A stretch of DNA of 64,000 nt from Octopus bimaculoides (taxonomy: Eukaryota), in the NCBI RefSeq assembly GCF_001194135.2, contig NC_068984.1, positions 65,247,106 to 65,311,105 on the forward strand, written 5' to 3'. A program made the translations under genes and the position numbers. The notes below the pieces were generated by a model. That model had not been told where the DNA came from, did no database searches, and saw nothing but the letters and a program-made list of their open reading frames with translations. Within the stretch, counting starts at the first letter, position 1. Every line of letters starts with the position of its first letter. Below are positions 24,378 through 35,113 of the stretch, piece after piece.

Positions 24378-24756
24378 ACGTTATTTACATTATTTACATT
24401 TGACAGATATTTGTCCTCATCTTGTTTGTTGTTAACACAACGTTTCGGCTGATATACCCTCCACCCTTCGTCAGGTGTCTTGGGGAAACTTCGAACTTGG
24501 GTTCGAATGTTATTATTATTATCACTATTATCATTATTATTCAGGTCACTGCCTGGAATTGAACTTGGAATCTTGGGGTTAGTAGCCTGCACTCTTAAAC
24601 ACTACACCAAATGCCCATGGGCAATTATGGAGTGAATTCTTAGGGCTTATAAATTTAATATTTTCCTATCCTTCCTTAATACAAGATGAGGACAAATATC
24701 AGTCAAATGTAAATAATGTAAATAATTCCTCATCTCTTAAATATAGAACTGTATTA
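24378..24756 (-). mobile_element. Short non-autonomous element: tRNA-like head + hammerhead-ribozyme motif + 45-bp inverted ends, 12-bp TSD
   Basis: Direct repeat TCTAATAATCAT at 24366-24377 and 24757-24768. Inverted arms 24381-24425 and 24681-24725 (44/45). tRNA-like head at 24616-24542 with A-box-like TGGTGTAGTGTT and B-box-like AGTTCAATTCC. Hammerhead core at 24479-24434. Confidence 0.85.
24434..24479 (-). ncRNA. Minimal type I hammerhead ribozyme motif (Penelope-terminus type)
   Basis: Minus strand reads GACAC-CUGACGA-A-GGGUG-GAGGGUAUAU-CAGCC-GAAAC-GUU-GUGUU. Stem I is GACAC/GUGUU, the core is CUGANGA and GAAA, stem II pairs 4/5, stem III is the palindrome AACGUU and the NUH triplet is GUU. 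Confidence 0.65.
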
Positions 24757-25407
24757 TCTAATAATCATGTATAAAAAATAACAGTCTAAAAGAGTTAATA
24801 CAATTACAGCATGTAATATTGCTTAAATTCAAAAGGGATAGAGTATCTCCATTATGATATTTGTATATCATGTATAGGAATGTTTCTGTTTTGAAAATAA
24901 AAAGTGTAAATAGTTGGAGATACAGAGAACTCTTTAGGTTCCAAGGCATTTCAATAAAATCTTTCAGTAAAGGAATATAATATGCTAAAGTATGTTTGAA
25001 AAAGAAATGGTAGCTAAAATCTCATAATGGTATTAAATAGTGGTCAAAAGAAAAAAGAAGAAGCAGGAAAAAAAGAATAAAAAATCTGGCTTGATTTCCT
25101 GGGATCCTTTTGACTCAGCTACTTGCATTCTCATCAGTTTAAAGAACATTGTTTAATATTCTTTTGAATTCCAGCAAACCATTTTCGATTCACGATTTTA
25201 TTTAATCTACTTTATTAAATGATTAGAATTAAATAAGGAAATTTTTGACTTGAGTAATGGATGATTTTCTTTAATTCTGAAAAATGCTGTTTTATCACAT
25301 TTAAAATTTTTAACATATTAAATAGATTTACAAATTATGGTTTTCAAGTTACAAGATTAATGTGGATTGGAATTAGACAGAAGAAAGGAATTCTACAATC
25401 TACATTA

Positions 25408-25640
25408 TTCATTTTCATTGTTTAACATTCATTTGCCATGCTGGTATGGGTTGGATGGTTTGACAGGAGCTGGCCAACCAGAGAACTGTCCAGACTCCAA
25501 TTGTCTGTTTTGGTATGGTTTCTACAACTGAATGCCCTTCTTAATGCCAACCACTTTACAAAGTGTGTTGGGTGCTTGTTATATGCCACTGGCATGAGTG
25601 CATATTATATGGCACCAGCACCTGCAAAGGACATGCCTGT
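25408..25640 (-). mobile_element. 3' tail of RTE-type element/SINE (family of 13538-14050)
   Basis: CCATGCTGGTATGGGTTGGATGGTTTGAC and TTTCTACAACTGAATGCCCTTCTTAATGCCAACC motifs; only 1-2 remnant internal repeat units. Confidence 0.75.
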
Positions 25641-25804
25641 ATGTATGGATGGCCACAAGATTGTCTTAACCTTCCATTGATTCATTTCATTTTTGCAATT
25701 GATATGCAATATTCTTGGTATGAACCTGCATGTTGAAACAAATTTTGCTGTATTTCAGGAAGGCCATTATACACATGCTCTAGTTCCATTTCACTTCTTT
25801 CATT

Positions 25805-26028
25805 ATTATTTATCAATTAATTAGTATTTAACCAATTAACTAATTGATTGTTTGATCAATTGTTCGGCCAGTCAGTCAGCTAGACTTGTTAAGCAGGTCT
25901 AAGTTAGAGAGGATATGTTGGCAATGAAAGGACTTTGACAAACCTAGTTGATTGATTGATTGATCAAGTTATTAATCAAACACTTAATTAGCTAATTGTT
26001 AATATTAAATGATTGACTAATGATAATA
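25805..26028. repeat. Degenerate fold-back (imperfect inverted repeat), possible old MITE
   Basis: Arms ~25805-25895 and ~25930-26028 align as reverse complements at roughly 70-75% by eye (e.g. CAATTAACTAATT/AATTAGCTAATTG, TGTTTGATCAAT/ATTAATCAAACA). Confidence 0.55.
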
Positions 26029-28657
26029 AAAGAAGAGCATCAGAACCAATATATGTTTTCATTATTCACATTGATTTATTTCTTATAACAAAAGTGAAAC
26101 AAACTTGAAGATTAAGATATCTGTACAATGCTTTGGTATTGGATTTCCAGCTCATCATATTAGTAAGAAAGGTACTGAACTTGAAACATGCTTTTATGTG
26201 AGTGCTAACCATAGCAATTTTCTATGTAGATTTAGTAAATTCTCGGATGGGTAGAGAACAGAGAAACAGAAGGACTTTCCTATGGAACAATTTATTGCAA
26301 GTTACTAGCCAAGCTTTTGCACGGTAAAAAAGGAAAGCAAACAGCAAAACGTTTGTACTGTTCTGTCATTGAACAGAACAAGTCACACAAAGCCAATTGG
26401 GAATAAGAAGGTTTGGGGAACCAGATGCAATTTAATAAATAATAGGAAGTAAAGATGATATTGTATCCAATATATGACATCTCAGAAAACAGTATGTTCA
26501 TACAATGAAAAGCAACATGTGAATGCAATGATGGTGATGATAGAATAATGATACAAACTAAGATAAGATAGCTCTATCTTTATGATAATTCAAAATGAAC
26601 CATCAACTTAGGTTCAATATAATATAAGGCCATTATTTCTAATATTGGCAATGTATCCTTGGAGCAGAAACAAAACAGTCTCCTGCCTGTAGGGTAGGCT
26701 TCAAAAGAAGAGAAGAAATATATAATTTCAATTATAGAATAATATATAAACCATCATGAATTTCTTTTATCTCTTGAAATTGATTTAACTTTTTTTTTAT
26801 TCCATTTCACGAAAACAGAAATGAAAAATAATAACAAATCAATTAAAGACACAAAAGAACAAGAGTTGGGAATTGCAAGATATTTTTTCTTCTTATCTTT
26901 TGAAGTTTAGGAATTCATTTCTTACAAATGCAAATTATATGAAAGTTTTAAATATAAGAGTGAATTTGTAAACAGCTAGTGGCAAACGTATACTTGATTA
27001 AAGTCTGAAATCATTCCCATTTTATCTCAAGACATAAGGGGAAAATAAATAAAAGGTATGTTACTCATTGATAGCATAATGTATAATAAAATATTTTTAA
27101 AAAAAAAGGACACAATGTATTTAGATTTATAAAAAGTTAAAACATGGAGAAATATGTTCAAGTTCTACTAAGGACATTTTCTTTTGACATAGTCTTAATT
27201 TGATGAAGTGATTTTATAAGGCTAATTTAATCTTAGTCACAAATAATCAGCAAAATCCCAATCATATTTAACCCCAAACATTTTATAATATTGATTACAT
27301 TAGCTTCAAAAATATAATGCTTAGAAGAATTTAATTAGTGATCAAACAAGAGTATCAATCTGGGAAAATCTCATTATTTTTCATATAACTACACTTCTTT
27401 TAATACTAACATGTTTTGAAATATTTTCTAGTATTAAATCAAATGAGAATAAAGGGCAACTATTTCTTATTCAAACAGGTAGGATGAGCCACGAATCAAC
27501 AGAATGACCAACAGGCAGTTAAACTAATACTGTTAATACTTAGCTTTTAAAATCTGACATAAATAAATGTTTATAACCAGAAGAAATATCTTTATGTTGA
27601 TATATATTTGCTTTACAATTTTGATGTCTGGTATAATTTTATTACTACTCCAATTAGCCTTGAAGTTCTAGGCCATTTATTGATAATGATGCTTACACAG
27701 TCTCCTATTCTGTAAATCTTATGAATCAAGTCTGTGCTAATGTAAGTGTATTAGAATCTTGGCTAGCCAATCAATCTATTTCAAATAGTGTATGTTTTAA
27801 TTGATGACAGCAATAAGTGGTGATTAACATGACAGGTCTGTTGCTGCAAGACAGATACATGGATTTCACTAAAAGGGAAAACATTCAATTGCATAGCACT
27901 GTAATTTGTATTCTGGGGTTAAGTTATCACAAGTGATTAAGTATCCCTATATATTACTCAAATGAGATTATATTGCTTTCACCACATTGATTGAAAACTT
28001 ATTTTATTCTATTTCAACTTTACAACACACAACACAAATTTGCATTCATCTGCTAATGCATTACACCTTCACCTTCCTCATCTCCCAATAATAGTTTGTA
28101 CAGCCACTGATGATGCAATCCATCGAGAATTTTTATGAATAACCTTGGCCTTATACTGAATTTAGAAAGGAAAGCAATATATCAGGCACTAATTTGGCCA
28201 AAGCACAGCCACTGAAAGGAATCATCATTCCATGTGGACAATTCTATTTCCTTTATAAAACACATCAAACCTCAATGTTTTATTACCATTTATATGGTTG
28301 ATGTTATCAGGATGATAGGCTTAACTGAATCTGGAAAGATTTAAATTAAGGTGGTTAAGCTATTGCAGTTAATATAATGTATTCCAGTACAACTAATTTG
28401 ACTATATTTCACACAGGTATATGAAATAGATATAAAACCTAAGAAGTTCATGATTATGATGATTACTTTGTGCATGTGTTTGAGTTTATGTTTGCACAGA
28501 ATATTTAGTATAAAGAGAAAAATCTCCAAACCAAAATTTTTGTACACATATTAAGTGACACGATGTTTTTTTTTAAAAAGTAGAGAGTATACTAAGTTTT
28601 CACACACATGCACGCACGCACGCACGCATGCACACACATACAATAGAGCTCATGTAA

Positions 28658-28748
<91 letters not shown>
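28658..28748. repeat. (TATC)n(TA)n microsatellite
   Basis: Direct inspection. Confidence 0.97.
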
Positions 28749-29678
28749 NNNNNNNNNNNNNNNNNNNNNNNNNNNNNNNNNNNNNNNNNNNNNNNNNNNN
28801 NNNNNNNNNNNNNNNNNNNNNNNNNNNNNNNNNNNNNNNNNNNNNNNNNNNNNNNNNNNNNNNNNNNNNNNNNNNNNNNNNNNNNNNNNNNNNNNNNNNN
28901 NNNNNNNNNNNNNNNNNNNNNNNNNNNNNNNNNNNNNNNNNNNNNNNNNNNNNNNNNNNNNNNNNNNNNNNNNNNNNNNNNNNNNNNNNNNNNNNNNNNN
29001 NNNNNNNNNNNNNNNNNNNNNNNNNNNNNNNNNNNNNNNNNNNNNNNNNNNNNNNNNNNNNNNNNNNNNNNNNNNNNNNNNNNNNNNNNNNNNNNNNNNN
29101 NNNNNNNNNNNNNNNNNNNNNNNNNNNNNNNNNNNNNNNNNNNNNNNNNNNNNNNNNNNNNNNNNNNNNNNNNNNNNNNNNNNNNNNNNNNNNNNNNNNN
29201 NNNNNNNNNNNNNNNNNNNNNNNNNNNNNNNNNNNNNNNNNNNNNNNNNNNNNNNNNNNNNNNNNNNNNNNNNNNNNNNNNNNNNNNNNNNNNNNNNNNN
29301 NNNNNNNNNNNNNNNNNNNNNNNNNNNNNNNNNNNNNNNNNNNNNNNNNNNNNNNNNNNNNNNNNNNNNNNNNNNNNNNNNNNNNNNNNNNNNNNNNNNN
29401 NNNNNNNNNNNNNNNNNNNNNNNNNNNNNNNNNNNNNNNNNNNNNNNNNNNNNNNNNNNNNNNNNNNNNNNNNNNNNNNNNNNNNNNNNNNNNNNNNNNN
29501 NNNNNNNNNNNNNNNNNNNNNNNNNNNNNNNNNNNNNNNNNNNNNNNNNNNNNNNNNNNNNNNNNNNNNNNNNNNNNNNNNNNNNNNNNNNNNNNNNNNN
29601 NNNNNNNNNNNNNNNNNNNNNNNNNNNNNNNNNNNNNNNNNNNNNNNNNNNNNNNNNNNNNNNNNNNNNNNNNNNNNN
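28749..29678. other. Assembly gap (N run)
   Basis: Ns. Confidence 1.
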
Positions 29679-29910
29679 GGCCAGGACAGAAGGGTAGATA
29701 GGAAGATAGAGGAAGACAGATAGATAAATAGATAGAGAGGATGGTGGAGGGAGGAAGTGGAACAAGGAGGAAGGGACAGAAGGGTATAGCAGTGAAGTAG
29801 AGGCCAGGACAGAGGTATAGATAGAAAGATGGAGGAAGACAGATAGATAAATAGATAGAAAGATAGATAGATAGATAGACAGATAGATAGATAGATAGAT
29901 AGAAAGATAG
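29679..29910 (+). repeat. Purine-rich minisatellite (~124-bp period) grading into (GATA)n
   Basis: GGCCAGGACAGA...GGAAGACAGATAGATAAATAGATAGA recurs at 29679 and 29803. Confidence 0.8.
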
Positions 29911-31879
29911 TCACGTCAGAATAATAGTAGACTTACTTGTAAAATAGGACGTGTGCGTTCAATAATGTAATAATACAAAGAATATATATACATGTATACA
30001 CACTATATATATGTATGTATATTTTAAATACATTTCAGGCATAACGCTGTGGGCATGCTGGAGCATATATTTGTTGATATCATTAGACTTTTATAAACTT
30101 TCATGAGAACTGAGGCAGCTTATAAAGCATGAGCAATAAAAGATAGGAATGGTCAGTCAAATAGTAACAGAAATTGGTGGAGGTGGGATGTAAATGTGAC
30201 TATCACTATTCTTATGACAATTTCTATCGAATTTAATTCTTTAAATTCTTGGGCAAACAAGATTGATTTTGATATTTTAAAGAGAAAGCAACTACATTTG
30301 AAATTGTACTGCCACTTGAATATACAACACATTGAATATTTAAATGTATGGCTACTGTGACAACAGTCATATATAAATAGTTAATGACAGCTACTTTTAA
30401 GCTTGTAGATGCATCAAGTTATTATGATAGAGAAAATTGTACTTATCAATGTTCAGATTAAAAATATACTAAAACTATTTTTACTAATTTCTTACCAACC
30501 TTAATGAAGTAAACTTAATATTAACAAAATAATGAACACAAATATTTGACAGTTTACAACATTTTAAAATTTAATTACTATGCTCCTGGAAAATTTTCAT
30601 CTAAGAAAAATAATAAAATTATCTACAAACAAAGCCATAATGTTTTGTTTTCATTTTATTTATTTATTTGAGTTAATCATCTTATGAAATATTCATTACT
30701 TATTTTTATCAAATATTCTTGTTAAAAATTTGCATGATTTCAAATTGATAATTCTAAAAATTATTGAGAAATATATTCAACATTGTAATTAGCTACAATA
30801 TTGCCTGTATGAGGTGTTTTTTTTCCTGTAATTATATGTGAATTATCTCTCTAAAAATTCCATGTATAAAAGATTAGGCTTTTATGAAATTTCATGCATC
30901 TCTGTTAATCAATGTCAGCTTTTGGTTGGGAACACAAAGTTACTGCAATTAGGACAAAGAAGTATTTTAAACAAAATCAAGTCAGAAGTCAATTCCAAAC
31001 TGGAAAATAAGACCTGTTGGTAACTGTCAGTTTTTCAGTATTTTTAATTAGGAAATGATATATTCCTACATCCCAACAATAATCAGTATATAACCAACAT
31101 TGGTATAGAAAATAGATAAAACACAGAAAAACGACTATGACTTCAAAAGTGAAACAAAAGATTCACAAAGGAGTAAAAACAGTATAATTCAAGTCTTTAT
31201 AGCACTAATATTTATTTTCATTTTCTTTATGGGACTGATGTATTTTATTCCAAATATTTACATGTTTCTGAAGAATGTAGATTGCATGAAATAAAGTATT
31301 TAGAAGCCAGTAGATTTAAATTTCCTTTTTCAAATTTAAGAAGTAATCTAACAACTATAGAATAAAATTGAAAGCAAGAAAAGACCCTCTAGAGGATGGA
31401 GGATTATAGATGTAGGTTGTGATTAGCTAAAAATCTTCCAGAGATTTCTAACATCAAGAAAATGTGTATATAGAGAAGAGTAAGAACTTAATATCATGCA
31501 ATTCATCCAGTCCTTTCATGTATCTTAGTTAACAGCAACATTGACAAAAGGAAATAAGAATCATAGATCATTCTTGAGCATTACTAGAAAGCAAGAAATG
31601 TTGAGAGTAAAGCAAGAAAAAGAATGGTGTAAAGTGAATGAAACAATAGTTCTAATGTACATTTGACGAATATTAATCAAACCTGATTAACAATATCTCA
31701 CATATCATAAGAAGAAGGAAAAATACATTCAAACAGATACAAATAGCATTTTCACCTTAAATGAATATATTAATATATGCACCCTTCTGGCAAAGGCAGA
31801 AATTAAGGTAATTAAGTCAAATTGCATTTCAATGTTTCAATGCCCAGTAATTGTGACAAATAGTTCGCAATATGCCTGA

Positions 31880-32580
31880 TCAAAAGCTGTTCATGACCAA
31901 TGAGGGTGCTCTGCTCAAGTGGGTTTCTGACTTCAAGTACCTTGGATCATTTAAGATGGGCTCAAAAAGGAACAGCATTGTCATTAGGAGTTTTACCTGG
32001 AAAGTGCAGAATATCTGGACCTCAAACCCAGTCGAGGACAAACTGCAGCCTATGTGACTTTCTGAATGGCACATTCAATTTCATGAGGAAAATAACATAT
32101 GCATGTGTGACCCACCTGATGGTGCAGCATGTATCATGTGACCTACTTCTTGAAAAAGGATGCTGGCAGTAATCAAAGCAAATGTTATTTAAGGATGTAA
32201 AACTTGGAGCCTCACTAATTCTAAGGCAAAATCTCTTCATGAGTATGATTTTTAGATGCTTCAAGTGGCCTTCATAATCAGCTGGATGTAGAGACCAGCC
32301 AATGAGCAAGTCTATGACAAAATTTGCAGATTGACCAACTGGAAAGCAATAAGGCAGACTGCAATTTACTGGGTACTTTCTGTGACATCCAGACATACTT
32401 GTCAGGCATGTCATCATCTGCAAACCGACCAATGAGAGAATAAACAATATCTTCCAAAACCGTGGTCAAGACTCTGATTAAGGATAGTGACCGTATGACT
32501 ATTAATGAACCTAGAACACTGGTGGTAAACAAAATATATGGCATATTTAACAGCGATGGCATCAACCTCACTAGACATAA
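31880..32580 (+). mobile_element. Degenerate RTE/RTE-X-like LINE, 3' part of ORF2
   Basis: Motifs in the expected order: DFKYLGS (31929-31949), MLQVAFIISWM*RPANEQVY (~32257-32315), RLQFTGYFL*HPDI (32356-32397) and VKTLIKDS..MTINEPRTL. Multiple stops and frameshifts. Confidence 0.75.
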
Positions 32581-33242
32581 GTGCTAAAAATTTTATCAGA
32601 AGATATAAAGGAAAAAAAAAAAAAAGATCAGGGAGAGTTTGGTTAATTCAGACAGCATTTGAATGAAATGCTTACTGCAAGACATTTTCTGCAGGGTTAA
32701 CTATTACTATTCCACCATGTATGTCAATGCCCTTTCAATTATACATTATGAAGAGATATATCTGTGATAATGATCACACTGATAAAAAAGAAAAATCTCT
32801 GAGGGCAAATGATGAGAATAACAATAAGACAGCCGCTTGATGACTGTAATGACAACAATGACAACGATGATGATGATGATGATGATGGTAGTGTTAGAGG
32901 TGAGAAGACTGTGTCAATAAAGAGGATGACAATAGAAATGTTTCAACAATGTTCACAGAGATGGGGATAAGGACAGCAACAATGACAATGTAGACACCAA
33001 AGAGGTAAACAAAACGATTCTAAAGATGCTGGTAGTGGTGCTCCGGATGCTGTTGCTACAATTCGTATGTAAGGTACATGCATATGCATGTACATAAGTG
33101 TGTGTGTGTGTATGTGTTTGTATGTACATGTGTATGTGTGTGTGTGTGAAAGAGAGAGAATGTATGTGTGTGTACTATTATACACATATTGATTCATGCA
33201 TACATACATATTTACCTAAATGCACACATACACACACACACA

Positions 33243-33291
<49 letters not shown>

Positions 33292-33852
33292 TTGGAGTAA
33301 ATAGTGCTACTGATGGCAGAAATAGGTAAATGATGTTAAGGTGGTTGAAAGACAGATCAATTGAAAGTGGAAATTCCTACAGTAGCTTTTATGACAAGAG
33401 AAAAAAACAAAAACAAAAAAGCTTTCAAAGAGTTAAAAGTCTCCCACACTAGGAAAAAAAATATTTGTTCACAATTAGGAATAATATAAATAATTTAAAA
33501 AAAAAAGAAATAAAAAGATAAGAGCAAATAAATAAAAATACTGAAAAGTAAAAGCCATTTAAACAGATACAAATAGCATCCCCAACCCAGAAATATATAA
33601 TACAATGGGGAATATAAAAGGAGTGAATTTATAAAGGAATAAGACAGACAGATTAGTGAGTGATGGAGAGAAAAAAAAGGAAAAAGAGTAGGTGAAAAGT
33701 AAAGAAGGAAGAGTGGTAAGAGGGGAGAAGAAGCACTGGAATAGGAGGCGGGGGGGGGGACAAAGAAAATTATTTGTTTTTATTGTTTTGAGATGATGAC
33801 TGACTGCACTCTTATGTTAAGCAGTCAGTCTGACTGGCTGGCTGAACACAAT

Positions 33853-33886
<34 letters not shown>

Positions 33887-34489
33887 TCTCTCTCTCTCTC
33901 TCTTTCTTTCCCACAAACACACATACAATACACACCAACACATACTCAAAATTACCATACAAAAGGTTGGATCATATTTCAAGTTTCTTGAAAGGTTTTT
34001 TAAAACCCATCCACAGTCCATTAAAAAGCTAGAATTTCAATGACAGTACTATGTGGATGAAAGCCTTTTCTATTGTTGATGTTTGCTAATGTTGCTATTT
34101 TTCTATTAAATTGGCACTTAGATTTTATCCTCAAGGATATAAAATATATTGGCTCCTACCTTCATGAGGACACTACTAAGCATATTTGTTTTTCAGATGT
34201 TCTCTGATTAAAATGATGCCCGAGGGTATATATAAGAGATACATATATAATACTTACATGCATTTATTTACCCATGCATGTATTTGATATATGTGCATGT
34301 ACACACACACACCATTGATACCAGCTAAAGAACTAGTCGTATCTAGGAATCTGACAGGGAGCAGCATAGGACAGACATGGTGTTTTTACACCTTTTTGCC
34401 ACAAGAGAGAATCTTTTTCTCCATGGTAACTGCAGTGAATTTGCCTTTAGAAGTTGAAATATGTCAAACATTTTAACTAGCCTAAAGTT

Positions 34490-34533
<44 letters not shown>

Positions 34534-34554
34534 CTAACACACAGTAACATCATT

Positions 34555-34641
34555 GTCCTTGTTGTCGGTTTTATGAGCATTTTTCCATGCTTGCATGGGT
34601 CAGTGAGAAATTGTTGATGCAGATTTTTCTACAGCTGGATG
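34555..34641 (-). mobile_element. RTE-type 3' tail fragment running into gap
   Basis: TTTCCATGCTTGCATGGGTCAG...TTTCTACAGCTGGATG, same motifs as 13538 and 25408. Confidence 0.7.
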
Positions 34642-35082
34642 NNNNNNNNNNNNNNNNNNNNNNNNNNNNNNNNNNNNNNNNNNNNNNNNNNNNNNNNNNN
34701 NNNNNNNNNNNNNNNNNNNNNNNNNNNNNNNNNNNNNNNNNNNNNNNNNNNNNNNNNNNNNNNNNNNNNNNNNNNNNNNNNNNNNNNNNNNNNNNNNNNN
34801 NNNNNNNNNNNNNNNNNNNNNNNNNNNNNNNNNNNNNNNNNNNNNNNNNNNNNNNNNNNNNNNNNNNNNNNNNNNNNNNNNNNNNNNNNNNNNNNNNNNN
34901 NNNNNNNNNNNNNNNNNNNNNNNNNNNNNNNNNNNNNNNNNNNNNNNNNNNNNNNNNNNNNNNNNNNNNNNNNNNNNNNNNNNNNNNNNNNNNNNNNNNN
35001 NNNNNNNNNNNNNNNNNNNNNNNNNNNNNNNNNNNNNNNNNNNNNNNNNNNNNNNNNNNNNNNNNNNNNNNNNNNNNNNNNN
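34642..35082. other. Assembly gap (N run)
   Basis: Ns followed by (TA)n. Confidence 1.

Positions 35083-35113
<31 letters not shown>

Noticed and set aside
24374-24592. 72-aa minus-strand ORF (…TPDEGWRVYQPKR…)
   Set aside because: Incidental translation of the tRNA head, AAT spacer and hammerhead motif.
26240-26420. ~56 open codons (…TAKRLYCSVIEQ…KANWE*) loosely like a Tx1/L1 C-terminus
   Set aside because: Similarity is impressionistic; no diagnostic motif.
28105-28160. C/D-box-like pair (TGATGA…CTGA)
   Set aside because: Only ~52 nt, non-consensus base before the C box and no terminal stem.
32790-33075. Asp/Asn-rich coding-like stretch
   Set aside because: Degenerate (GAT/GAC/AAC)n low-complexity DNA with stops and frame changes.
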